DNA from: Bigelowiella natans CCMP2755
Lineage: Eukaryota > Protista > Cercozoa
Assembly (NCBI GenBank): GCA_000320545.1
Contig: ADNK01000495.1
Location: 30,103-94,102, forward strand
Direction of reading: 5' to 3'
DNA length: 64,000 nucleotides
Shown: positions 13,425-26,169 of the stretch, piece after piece
How the letters are laid out: each line of letters begins with the position of its first letter
Numbering within the stretch: the stretch's first letter is position 1
The notes under the pieces: generated by a model
Databases searched by the model: none
Told to the model about the DNA's origin: nothing
Seen by the model: only the letters and a program-made list of their open reading frames with translations
Program-made: the position numbers and the translations under genes

Positions 13425-14700
13425 ATGTCACAGCGCAAGTCATCCAGAACTCTGTTAACTTGGACACTAGAGGAAGCAATCTATTCCAAACAGGTAATTT
13501 TCCTTTTTTGAGCAAACAATTCTTACATATTAACCACATTCTTCAATGAAAAGGGGGGAGGTTACACCGAAAGGCCCATGAAGGTATCGATCCAGAAGCT
13601 CTACCAGAAGGTCACTGAGAAATATGAAATATATTTAGCCTTCAAATTATTTTATGCCAGATAACGACTAATCAATCAGAGGGGAAAATTGAGGTGAAAA
13701 GGGACAGAGAAGAGCTGGGAAACGTGGATGAACAGTTGCAAAATTCCGTTCAAATCAAGGAGTTTGATGATGCAACGGATAGAATCTTCGGAGAGCAGGC
13801 AATCAGGGAACCCTTAAAACCGTCAAAGATATCAAACGGTATCGAATCTAAGATATTATTTACTGTCGGCATCATATATTTTATTATCTATTCACCACCG
13901 AAATGCGAAACTTCAATCCGGTAGTCTAAATATACAATTGAATCATTGCTCTTCCTGCGGTAACGTATTCAGAACTATGCCGAGAACTAGACCCCAAAAA
14001 ATGTGCACCGGTTGCAGAAGTTTCAGAGGAAACTAAAGTAGAAACTCTGAAAGAAGAGGTATAATTATTTGCAGCGAGTCGTTCTCCCAATGTGATGCCG
14101 GGCCAGCAATTGTTGATCTAATGTAGCCTGCAAAACTCTCCTGCACCCGCTTAAAATTGCTCATGTACCTAAGGTCGAGGCTGGCGACACGGCAGATATG
14201 ACGAAATCTGCAGAAGAAACATCGGTCATGCAAGATTTCCTCACAAGTTGCTGATAGTCACCCCAACGGAAACTCATGATTCGAACTCGTGATTTACTCA
14301 AAACCAAAGAAGACCTATCATCTTTAGCAGAATTTAAGAGATGATGTGGATATTACTATGAAATTATAATATTACTTACAAAAAGAATATCACTCACCAT
14401 CATTATTACCATCATCATCATCACCACCACCAACAACAACAACAACAACAACACCTTTGCCTGTGCTGTCGTGTCTTAATGAATACTTTCTGGACTACCC
14501 CATCAGACTACATCAACGGAGTTGCATATTCCAACTGTCAAGAAAGTCAATGTAAGAACAGCAGCAACAAAATAATATGCCTTCTCTCAATATCAGAGAA
14601 GCATGTAGATTCTTGTGAAATTAATAATTCGACACACAACAGATCCCTCCTCAAGACTGGGCAACAATGGTAGTACACAATAAGTGGTATACATTATGCA

Positions 14701-14777
<77 letters not shown>

Positions 14778-15583
14778 TTAGAATGATAGCTTTTCAAGCA
14801 ATCTAAAATATTCATGTTTAGATAGTGGCCCCAAGGACGTCGCAGAGCAAATACTCATGTTATGATCTCTACGTGAATGTGTACTCCCCGAATTGGTTCA
14901 TGAACTGCCACTCCCCTGATCAGATACCAACTGAGGACGATGAGATGAACAAGTTTATTCAATCACAGAAGGAGCTCGAAACTGCACGAAAAACAAGGTG
15001 AATCAAATAAACCGGGGTGGACGTCCTTGCTTGGAAGTGTCCACATACGCTTTTTACGGAAAATCATTTCTATGTAGGTATTTGACAGATGGATATACAA
15101 AGTCGGTCCTTCCAGTTGTTGCTCATGTGTAAGTGCCCTTATCTCCTCTACTTTCTCGATATATATTTTCCTCCTCTGTCCTGATCGTAAAATACTGCTA
15201 CTACTGCCTGATGTGTGGTGCAAACGAACACGATAAGACATAAAGGTTTATATGTTCCTGTTTAGGTTGAACCAGACCGTGATTCGCCGGAAGAAAATCG
15301 AGAACATTCTCAACGTAGTAGCAGCAGTAGTAGTAGTGTGGTGGTACTTGTGGTAGTGCCAGTGTGACGTGTTTGAAAATCGGACTGTCTATAATAGCAA
15401 CAGAACCTAACTGCTGCCCTTGAGAAGAACCATGCAACTTTCTTAGCTTACATCCTACGAATTACCCGTTAGACACTCGAAAGAGACAAAGTCCGAGAAG
15501 ACGATAATCGGAAAAAGTTTGAGGTAAACATATCGTACGTGATAAAAAGGAACACCTGCTACTTTGCTCCGTTATTCATTCCT

Positions 15584-15628
<45 letters not shown>

Positions 15629-15767
15629 ATCTCTTTCTCTCGGCCTCCCTCCCTCTATTACAAATATCTCAGGAGGAACAGAAACAGGAACAAATAAATG
15701 ATGACGAGATCTTGGCTCAGGTCTGCCACTCAGCAACTTTCTACCACGAGCATAAAACTGAAAGACA

Positions 15768-15810
<43 letters not shown>

Positions 15811-16395
15811 ATTATTTGTCACATATAGTAGTAGTGGTTGTAGTAGTCGTAGTACCAGATAGAAAGCAAATATCCTCTCTAAATATCGATGTAGCTGAAG
15901 GGAGGAATTGGTGGAGGAGGAGGGGAGAATGAAGCGAAAGGAAAAAAAGAAATCTAAATCAATAGTGGTGTCTGATACCAATTTTATACCCTTCTTCTAC
16001 AGTTGAAAAACCTCCATAATGCAACGAATTCGATGACCTATGTGAGTTTAGATTCTCCTCTCTAATCACTTGGATCCCTGTTGTTCTTCCAATATGTATA
16101 TCCAAACGTGTTTTTTGTCTACGAGTATATTTATTTTGCATCTTTGTTTCTCCACGTTTACATACCAGAACATGGACATACTGATGAAGTTATCAACTAA
16201 GGTACATTGAGAAGTATATTGTTCGGAGTGAAATCCTGTTGTGAAAAGCACTGAAACATAGTAAACACCGACAGCAACATGTTCATTTTACAGCCAGTAG
16301 TTTGCGACCGCATCCGGGAATTGCTGGTCATGTACAAAGAGCTTCGCCGAAAGACTGAACCCAGGTGAGATGCCGAAGCGCGCCATATTTGCGCT

Positions 16396-16429
<34 letters not shown>

Positions 16430-16700
16430 GTCCATCATCATCATGTCATTCAGGATTATGTTATCGAGTTGCGAAGGGTTGCCTACAGCTATGAGATCAA
16501 CAATGGCTGCCACTATCTCGACCCCTCCCTGCCATCCCATTCAGCTATGCGAAGAGAGCACGCCCTTGTGTCCTGCATTTTGTGTCCAGAATGTTAGGGA
16601 GACGTGGAGCAAAATAGCAGTGGAAGGCCCTAGATTTAAAGTCTCGAAATCAAGTGACATGTCGACGACAGGGTCATCAATGGGTATCATGAGATCAGCT
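13425..16700 (+). CDS. Hypothetical multi-exon protein (unknown function; both ends uncertain)
   Basis: In-frame GT-AG exons MSQRKSSRTLLTWTLEEAIYSKQ|GGGYTERPMKVSIQKLYQK|ITTNQSEG...|ELCRELDPKK..., later IPTEDDEMNKFIQSQKELE, LKNLHNATNSMTY|NMDILMKLSTK|PVVCDRIRELL. No motif recognised. Confidence 0.5.
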
Positions 16701-16777
16701 GAGGACTCTCTCCACTATTTTCACGGTCTAAACATCATCCCTAAAGATATAAATTTGAACAAAATTGTGAAGAAAAT

Positions 16778-16820
<43 letters not shown>

Positions 16821-16849
16821 GCCTCCAGCTCTGCGAATGAGTGAACTAG

Positions 16850-17950
16850 TCACCTAATTGTGCAAAATTGGCGTTGTTGTGTGGACACCAGACCTAAACC
16901 CGTTGAGAGTAGCACATCTTCCCGCGCTAGTGACGGGCCTATCTCCAAAGTGCACGACTTGTTGCATCGTCGGTACCTGACATAATTGAACAACTACGAA
17001 CAATGCATAATGCTTCCACAACAAACGAAAAAGCAACCTGCATTACGATCCGAACAACGCGCCTATGTACAAGCAGTAGTCCACAGTGGTCATCGGTGAA
17101 CACATCATTGTTGGCATTCGATATCTTCGTTCGATCATCATTAACCAAAGCCCACAATGAGCAAATGCCACAGAAACAACGCTGGCTACGTCCATTCCGC
17201 GTCTCAACACATGCGACGAGCATGAGCAACGACTACATGTGCACACGTGGCTTGTTGCGCATGTCTTGTTAGTCTGCTACGCTAGCCTAGCTACAAGCTA
17301 GATGTGCCAGTCTAGCAGTCTAGCAGTGGTCATCGCGATCAGCGCTCTGAAGAGAAAAGAAATGTGGTGAACACATGAAGCTCGTGCAAAGAACAGCAGG
17401 TGCGATCACATCGGTGCATTGCTTCACTTGCATGGAGCAATTGGTGCACGTACGTGCATGTTGAACAAAGTGCGCAAAGGTACATTGAGATGTCGTCATC
17501 AAGCAGCTAGCTATAGGGCGCACATTGAGAGGTCAATGAGTGACACACGCACATCGTAGACAAGCATGTGCACATGACACTGTGCGTGTCTCTAAACCCT
17601 GCACATGGGTGGCATGCGGCATGTGAATCAAACGTGCACACCTTGTAGCTAGCACGGCTAGACGTATGCGGGCCATTTTGCCCAGTTTGCGTGCGCAGCC
17701 ATGCTAGCATGCATGTGCATGGCCACTGCTGTTGTGCATTGTTCATTTCACTTCCTAGACATCGCACCTGCCTGCGAGTCTTCTATACTTCTTGTATCTC
17801 GCATATCTCATTCATTTTTATTCATTCCACCGAATAAGTGCGTGCGTTACGTGGCACACAGTGCTCAGCGCGTTGCACAAAAACTTGCACGCCGACTACC
17901 TATGTCATGCTAGCATGCTCATCAAAACATCCATGAGGTAGAATAATGTC
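16850..17950. other. Decayed island between the convergent hypothetical gene and CBS gene
   Basis: gctagcctagctacaagctagatgtgccagtctagcagtctagc (17281-17324) and abundant tgca/catg. Confidence 0.55.
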
Positions 17951-18358
17951 TTCGTACACTACATCGAAGAACCGATGATGTGGTATGTATTTGGGTAACA
18001 GGTGATAACATACGTAAACCAAGTCGATACAAAAATCGATGATAAAAAAAAACCATGAACCTGCAACTGCACATTGATAAAAAATAAATTGCATTTTAAT
18101 CCCTATTTTTTCCAGCATAAATTTTCGACAAAAATTTAAACAGGGTAATCAAACTAAACCACCACTAATGTCCTCTTTTAATTTTGGTTTATAAGTACAT
18201 TATCTGAAATCATCTTTCGAAATCTTTATTGCGACAGGAATCTATACATCTATACCATCCCTATACGACCTTACAAACTAAAATTATCAGCTAATCTAGT
18301 ATCGCGAAGTCTTTCACTCGGTGCTGGCAAATACTGTCTTCAAATCTGTACAACAAAA

Positions 18359-19619
18359 TTAGTAGCTTCCATTCACATATGCAGAAAGGGAATCCATTTC
18401 TGCAGAATGATCCTCAGCCTAAGCGAATGTATTAGAGCAGAACTGAGAACGCCATCAGAGCAATAAATAATCGTCATTTTCAGCATCGGGTGCTTTTTAT
18501 ACCAACTGAGCGACAGCGTCCCGTACCGATACAAAACCGATCAGTTTTCCATCATCCATTACAGGCGCTAAGGTGGGAACATCATGCGAAGATGTTACAT
18601 CCTACTATGCTCCAGATGTATTATATATGGTTAAAAAACCTGCTCGAATATTTTTCTCGATGAAGATCTTCGTCACTTCCCAAACGCTGTTGCTTGCGCA
18701 TACCTGATACAATCCAACACATTCTATCAGCACAAAAATATACTTGATTTATTGTGGTCAATCCCTGAAATATTTCATATTCAATCATTAGAGGATTTGG
18801 TATCCAGAGAACCGTGATGAGTTTGTCCCTCGGAGTCATGAAATGTTTCGCCTCAAGAGCTGTAAGCATCCGAAAATTAGAGCTTAACATTATTTTACAG
18901 GAGGACTAGCCTTACTGCTCATATCCATCTCCGAGTTCAAAGCCTTCATCACAATGTCTTTCTCCTAATTGCACAAGGGATCAAGTCAAACATCTTTTGG
19001 ATTATATTACATATTCCTCCCTTCTTCAATTTTCTCCACTATGTACGATTCATGGCTGTACCGTTACAATTCCCTGGATATCAGAAAGATCTTTCGCAGA
19101 ACTAGTTACGACAACCCATCCAACGCTGGAGTTGCTCATTGCCTAATTTGAAGTCGCGATCGTTATTGCGGGCAAGGTGAATTCATACGAGTAGTATTGC
19201 ATCCGTATAAGACCTTTATGATATCAGACGCAGAAGTTTCCACCTGACAAGTTGGCCATCCACCTAAGATAAAATGATTTTCTCTTACAGTAAATCTTTG
19301 TCAATCTAAATTGTACACACTTTCATCGATAATTTCACGAACAAGGCTCGAAGTTCCAGGCTCCCCATACGCTTGAAGAAATTCCTCGCGTGAAATTACC
19401 CCGTCCTAATAGAACATCAATATTCCAAGCTGTCCCTCGAAGATTAGTGATCTGCTATAATGCTACCTTGTTCACGTCCACACGATCAAAAACTTCATCC
19501 ATACGCTTTCTTCGAGCCTCCGTGCTGAAAGCACGGTTTTGGCTTGGTGGTAAAGAGAAAACTCGAGCACAAGAAACCCGTGAAACTCTCGAAGCATTAA
19601 GGAGAACTTTTCGAAACAT
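18359..19619 (-). CDS. Mitochondrial CBS-pair protein (CBSX3-like) with an N-terminal EF-hand
   Basis: Exons give MFRKVLLNASRVSRVSCARVFS...FDRVDVNK|DGVISREEF...|AMSNSSVGWVVV...IQGIVT|EKDIVMK...|FMTPRDKLIT...PVMDDGKLIGFVSVRDAV..|AEDHSAEMDSLSAYVNGSY*. CBS motifs GIVTEKD and GFVSVRD, and a CBSX3-like LxAYxxGxY end. Confidence 0.85.
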
Positions 19620-20589
19620 CGTGTTGGTTCCTCGATTCTTCGATTCTACGGATCAAACTGTTTTAGGCAGAACCAAGTTCAAGACAAGTCAGCGTGGGGT
19701 GATTATGAGAATGGAAGATGCTAAATAGCTTCCTCACTAGCGGTGTGCCTTGAATAATAGCGACGGTGGCTGGCCTATTTTGATTCAAATCAACATGATG
19801 AACGAGGTGTAGTTTTCAGCCAAATCCGCATTTGAAGATGAATCCTGTCAAAATTGGCTTGGGATGAGCGGCAACCCTCCCTTCGATTTGTGCATCGCAC
19901 CATCACTCAAACAAAATCAACATGTTTGCAGGAAGATATAAATTTGTTTCTATTACCTCTTTCTTTGGAAGAAATGCACAATTTGGCATGCCATTTTGGT
20001 TATGTGTATCAGGATCGAGCTTCAAATCTGGGGAAAATATGTCGATGATCGCGTGATAAGTAAAGTGGCAATGCGCGGGGGTGGTACTTTTTTCCGATAA
20101 ATCAAGATTTGGGGTATGCGAATAGTAAAAATTAGGTGATTTTACCTTCAGAAGTACCCAATTGGAAAAGAACTAAGAGCTGTGGTTTTGATGAGCGTGG
20201 TTGTTAGAAGAGATGGGTTGTCAATTGGCAACACGTCATTGGCAGGAGGAAAATCTCTCCTAGAACCAGCGACGACAGCTTCCAAGAAATCCTGAAATCC
20301 ATCATTACCGGTACTGCAGTTTGATGGGTTTGATTACTACTAAAAAATAGGAAGCAAATTAAGCCGACTTCTTCGTGTCATAGGTACATGTATCAAGATC
20401 GCGGAAAAACACCTCAATTTCTCCATGCTGCAAGGTACTTTATTTCTTCGTCATGTTCGAAGTCGCTTTGGACAAACGAGGCGATCCTTTTAAATTGAGG
20501 AATGCCGAGAAGGTTAAAGATATTAGCAGATGAATCTCCTTCTATTTATTATCTGCGACAACATTCTTCGAGGAGCACACAAATCAAAA

Positions 20590-21770
20590 ATGGCTTCCGA
20601 ATCTTCCACCGTGAAGTAGGAATGAAACAAAATACGATTTTACTTTGTAAAGCTCAAAGAAAATAGGGGTTTGATATTCAACGGGTTTGATAATAGATTC
20701 GGAAGCATCTATCAAGCGAGAATTTGTGGGATATGTAGTCATTTCGCCAATTTCTTCAGGGTCAAATTTGTAATTGCGATTGACGAGAATAAGAAAGAAG
20801 ATGTGGTTCTCGAGGTCCATCCAGAATGGGCGGTAAGTCATGAAAATTATGGTTCCTGTGTCTGTCATGGATAATTTAATTTTCCTTCCAGCCAATCGGA
20901 GCCAAAAGATTTCTCGACCTAGTAGAGGTAATGCCCTCGTATGCAACAAGAATATCGTTTGAATATATTCTACACGTAGGACAAGTTTTTCGTTGACTGC
21001 CGGTTTCATCGAGTGATTCCTGACTTCATATGCCAGGTTTATGATTATTCAGACCCTCTCAAAATTGCATCAATTTTTGAACCACTATCTCATCCCTATC
21101 AGAATTTTTATCACCATCACCATCATTATCATCGTGACTATTTTATTATTTAGTTTGGTATCGCTGGAGATGTCCAGCATTACAACAAGTGGGCAAAAAT
21201 TAAGCTGAAGGATGATCCGGTATGAAATTGACAAGTAGCACGAACTTCTTAGTCACACGATTATTTCATTAGGTAAAAGTATCTAATAGTAAAGGTACCA
21301 TGTCGTTTGCCACGTCGGGACCAAATGCTCGTAGTACGCAGGTGATGATGAGCAAACTTTGCAGAACCTGATTTGATCTCTACAGAATATTAGTGATCTC
21401 ATTTCTGAAATTGGCTGCAATTGCATCTAGTTATTCATCAATTTCGGCGATAACAAATCATTGGACAACCAGGTAATTTTTTATAGTTAGTTGCATTAAA
21501 CCAAAATATATGAGTTGCCTCAATTTCATCAGGGATTTTCACCCATTGCTGAAGTGGTAAAAGGTATGGATATCGTGGAAAAGGTCTACGCAGGTAATCA
21601 CTGAGGACTCCCGATTCCACTCAGGCACTGAAACTATGCAATATTCAGGATATAACAGTGCGGATACAAAGCCAAATCAGGGATACATCAAGCAATTCGG
21701 AAATGCGTATCTGTCGAAAAACTTCCCTAAGCTGAGTTACATTGTGAGTGCAGAGCTTCTCAAGGAATAA
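20590..21770 (+). CDS. Cyclophilin-type peptidyl-prolyl isomerase (9 exons; 5' end may extend upstream)
   Basis: MASESSTVK|VKFVIAI...LEVHPEWA|[12 protein letters not shown]|[19 protein letters not shown]|FGIAGD...LKDDP|[23 protein letters not shown]|[12 protein letters not shown]|[17 protein letters not shown]...[15 protein letters not shown]...*. Confidence 0.92.
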
Positions 21771-21949
21771 TACTGAAATAGCTTTCGACAAAGGCTCTCG
21801 GGCGGTCCATCACATACAACATCATAACCAAGTCAGATGCATCAAACGTTGAAGCACAATTAATAACTATCGTTATTCAAGCGATAATTCCCGGGTGAAT
21901 TCACGCATTTCAGCCAAATTGTAATTCGCATCGTAGATCAGATGTCACC

Positions 21950-22810
21950 AAAACAGGCTATTTTTTCATCGATTTCTTTGCATGTATGCAAATATGCGAC
22001 ATAGCTGCACTTCGCACATAATCGGCGCGTGCACACACCCGCAAATGATGCCGGTCGACTGAGCATTCCATATGCGTTGTCGCTAAGTTTGCCGGCCATT
22101 TTAGCATTTCTAAATTGTTATGACATGTCTTGAGTACTGTGCGCATCCGATACATGTTAGCATGCTAGCACTATATTATATAATAAACTAGAGCATAGCG
22201 TTTACTACTGCTATCTAGCTATATGTACATCATCTGCTACTACAACGCTAGTACGTACTACCAGCTAGATGAAATGCAATGCGCGCGCAGCCACATTAAG
22301 AACCTACTAACAGCAGTCAACTTGAGTGCTCTAGTGCTCATTTAGCTGCAAAGCCACATTTGGCTACTAGTTGAGGCTAGCCGGCACTTCTACACGTGCA
22401 GCAACTGCACCTACATGTAATGTGCACTCTAGCTTGCTAGTACTAGTTAGAGAATGATCTGTTCTAGTCTGTAGTGCTAGCTAGCTGCATGACTAGATGA
22501 GCTTGTGATGCGCTGCATGCAGAAGTGCAGACTGGCTTGTAAGCGTTTTGATCGTCTCCACAAACAGGTACACAAGCTAGTATACTAGCAAGCTAAGACA
22601 CACTAGCACAGCTAGACAGTGCGTGCTAATGGCCCGTGATTTTTATTCACCACATCACGACGGCATCAGCACCTACAGGAGCACAGTTGTACGTCTAGAC
22701 GTGTTGCCGCATGCGCACACGCATCGCATCCCCCCTTCCAGCTACGCATTGGTGGCATGCTCAGCGTGTGTGCATGCACTACTTTCATATTTGGCTAGAA
22801 GGCATGAAAT
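21950..22810. other. Decayed CTAG-saturated island between convergent cyclophilin and zf-4CXXC_R1 genes
   Basis: 19 CTAG counted by eye in 22141-22620 (480 bp), where about 2 are expected at uniform composition. Confidence 0.7.
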
Positions 22811-22893
22811 ACTTTAAATTTAGTATTTCCTGACTTTAGATATTACAGGATTTCCTATTATCATTTACAATTTCCATTTTGAATTTATTACAC

Positions 22894-25041
22894 TTAGGCG
22901 GGTATGATGTAGCTCCTTTGGAATCCTGCGTGCGGAACGTTTATCATTTGTGGTTGAAGTGAAGATTTTTTCGTTCCATTTGCCACGCGTGCTGATTCTA
23001 CCCTGTTCGGCGCTGATTGATGACTAGGTTGCTTCATTTTTTTCGGAAGCTGGACCTGTTGATGTTGAAGAAACCAGTGACCATTGTGCTGTGCAACTGC
23101 CGCTGCTGCTGCTGCTGCTGCCCTGGCTGAAGCAACTTGAGCAGTAGCAACTTTGACCGCGGGCCTTGATTTAGAGTTCCTGTTTACTCTAGGTTTTGCT
23201 GACTGTTTAACTCGATCTTTCAGTGGAGACTGTGAATACGGCTGCTTTGTAGGCTTACTGTTCTTCAATTTGGATTTTTGCATTTTAATTTGTTTTTGAG
23301 TTGTTTTCTTTGGCTTTGATATTCTACTTTTAGCCGACTTTGCATTTTTTGGTGCAGTCTTGGTTTGTCTCCTTGCTTGTTTCACGGGTTTCTTCTGCTC
23401 AAATTTTTGTTTCTTCTGCTTATGAGTAGATTTATTTCCATTACGGTTTTTGGTCTTTTGGTATTGCGTTTGGTGAAGGTTGCGTTGGTGCCCATTGACA
23501 GGTCTTTGCTTAAATTTAAGAGTATCAGTACCGGCAAGATTTCGTTTCTGAAGATTCATCTGTCTCAAAATGACTTTGTTCACAGCCTCTTCGGGGTTTT
23601 GGGTCTTTATGTCCAGCATATCCCCAAAAACAAGTCCACATGCTATAGATGTGGCCGGTGACATCGTTCGTGGATCGTAGAGGAACTTGGCCTTATTGCG
23701 CCTGCATGCTGCGCAGCAACACAGGCTTCTACATGCAGGACACAGCCACAAATTAATCTGAACAGAACTCGGCGGGTTCTCATTGTAGAACTTTTCCAGA
23801 CACTGGTCGCAATACTTCTTCCGACAGATATGCTAACATATGAGAAGGGATAAAATAAATGATGATTCTAGGCAATTCAAACACTTTTAAAGAGTTTCCT
23901 ACCCGTCTATCCTTTGACTTTTGGGGGGAACCTTGATTCGAGCAGATATATAGTTTATTAACTGCTCTCCGCGATTTGCACTGGTGGCATGAAGATCCCA
24001 ATGCACTTCCAGTGGGTGTCTGTGTGTCTTGGGTACACTCTCCTCTGTAGATACCTCCATAATACTTAGTATTTCTTTGTCTATGTTCCTGCTTGTATGA
24101 TTGATGACCAATGCTTCTGTTGTATTCTCTTCGGCTCTGAGGCAAAGCCTTCATTCCGCGAACTACATTTTCTTTGGCTCGTAAAGGAGGCGTGACCTAT
24201 CAATTAGGGGGGGATTTCAGATTCCAGGAGAGCATCAATAGCATGGGAAAGATGATACCTGAGGCAGCATGAGGCTTTTACAGCTGTCAGTTTTTAGCTT
24301 CTTGTCAAAGGTGAAGTCTTCACGATCGCTCCTTTCTCTCTTCAGTCGACTCGTGGAGTAGCTGGGATCCCCTGTGATTATGTAAGCTATTTAAAAAAAC
24401 ATATATATTAGAGCCCGTAATTTTTACTCACTTCTTGTCGTCATGTGTCTAAATAAGGAACCGATGTCCTCTGCTATTGTCCTCGGGTTTTTCTCGGTTA
24501 TCATCCTGACGGAAGATTCAAGTTTCAAGATGACCTTTGCTGCATGTTGAAATACTACCTCAACGAGAGCTGGCCAGAGGATCTTTTTATTTCTGCCTCT
24601 GGGAGTAGAGGTTGCATTCCAATCTAAAATTGATTTCACATTGAATGAGTTAAACATGGCAGGAATAAATATCTGTTTAAAAAAACGATGTGATTGACCG
24701 TATCTGTTGTTAAGACTTCCGGCAGAATTGGCGAAGTCATGCAAAACGTTGGAGTCACCATTGGTGTGCTTCCCCGAATCTAATGATCAAATATAAATGA
24801 TTGGGAGGTGGTAATCCAGACAGAATAGGGAATCTACCCGAGGAGGCTCTAATAAATCCTCTGGTTTGTTATCTTCTGTGTTCACATTGCCCTTCTTCGA
24901 AGTATTCTGAGAAAAAATTTGCTTAGGAGAACTTCTTAAGCAAAAGGTCTTAAATATTACATTTCTAGCATCTGGATCCGACGAAGATCGATCGAGTGAT
25001 CGAAAGTTTAGAGATCTTAAGGTTCCAAGTAAAGTTGACAT
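22894..25041 (-). CDS. zf-4CXXC_R1 (CDCA7/R1-type zinc finger) protein with a Lys/Gln-rich C-terminus, multi-exon
   Basis: GSSCHQCKSRR...LYICS...|HICRKKYCDQCLEKFYNE...WLCPACRSLCCCAACRR matches the Cys spacing of zf-4CXXC_R1. The 5' exons are approximate. Confidence 0.8.
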
Positions 25042-25928
25042 TTTGCTATAATCCTTGCCAAAGCTTTCTTCTATGAAAAGTAATGTCTATTATGGGTGGA
25101 GAGAGCCTTTGAGCAAATTCCGGCCTAGGAAAAACCTCTTAAAACCCAGACGGTTCAGATCGGCATGGATCACTCTCAAGTTGAAGGGAGGGGAGCGTCT
25201 CTTCGTGGTGCTGAACCTACGTGATTTTCGACTTAAATCTTAAGACGTCCAACAGCTACACAAGTCCATTGATCTACATTATACGACAAACCATTTGTGT
25301 TGACGCAAATATCAAAATCAAAGGCGAAGACAAAAAGATCAAGAGTCCAAATCTATGGAAATCAGGATCAGGAAGATCACAGACTATTTTATCGGAAGAT
25401 TCTTCTACAAAAGCCCATTTTACACACAAACGGCCACGTGAAATATGTGAGATGCGTACCCAACTCTCTTCATATCTACCCCGAGAAGGCTCCGGTAATT
25501 CTCCGATGGGTAAGACCCAGTCAGACTTTTTAGGTGAAAAAAACTAAAAAAGTAATTGTGAGACACTAAATCTGTGTACAAATCTCAAGACACCCCAGAA
25601 ATTACCTTCCAATGTGTTACTCTTCCGACCAGCACACCTCGTACGTGTTGTTCGTGTTGCTCACAAGCTCTCTCGTGCAGACTTCCACAACGGCACAACG
25701 GCCTGATCATCAAATAAGTTCAGACTTTTATTCTCTCATCATTCTGATTATTTATTGCACGATAATGATGATTTGATAACGCTCAATTTTTATTGTTGTT
25801 ATTATTGTAAGAATATCGTCCCCAAACCTCTTTACACTATGGAATTAAACCAATGAAAATAGTCACATTAAACCACATAAAAGTTGGAATTCGATAGCTT
25901 CAACCAGCCGTCGCACATCATATTCCCG

Positions 25929-26123
25929 ATGGAAGACGAACCGTTCCTTAAGGTAAACACGCTTGCATGCTGCTTGAGCGCTTGCATGAAGCCTTTTTTT
26001 TTCCAGATAAAGGATGGTGCACCCCAAAAGAAAAAGAAAAAGTCCAAGCCGGGAAAGAAGCGCCGCGAGGCTATGAGAAAATGGAGAGAGTCTCAAGTTG
26101 AAACACCACATTCTCTGAGACGA

Positions 26124-26169
<46 letters not shown>

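Noticed and set aside
14060-14125. Resemblance of VIIICSESFSQCDAGPAIVDL to EME1
   Set aside because: No further ERCC4/HhH motifs could be assembled; left as hypothetical.
16890-16945. Nested stem-loop as an HDV-like ribozyme
   Set aside because: There is no room for P2/P3/L3 and no J4/2 catalytic strand.
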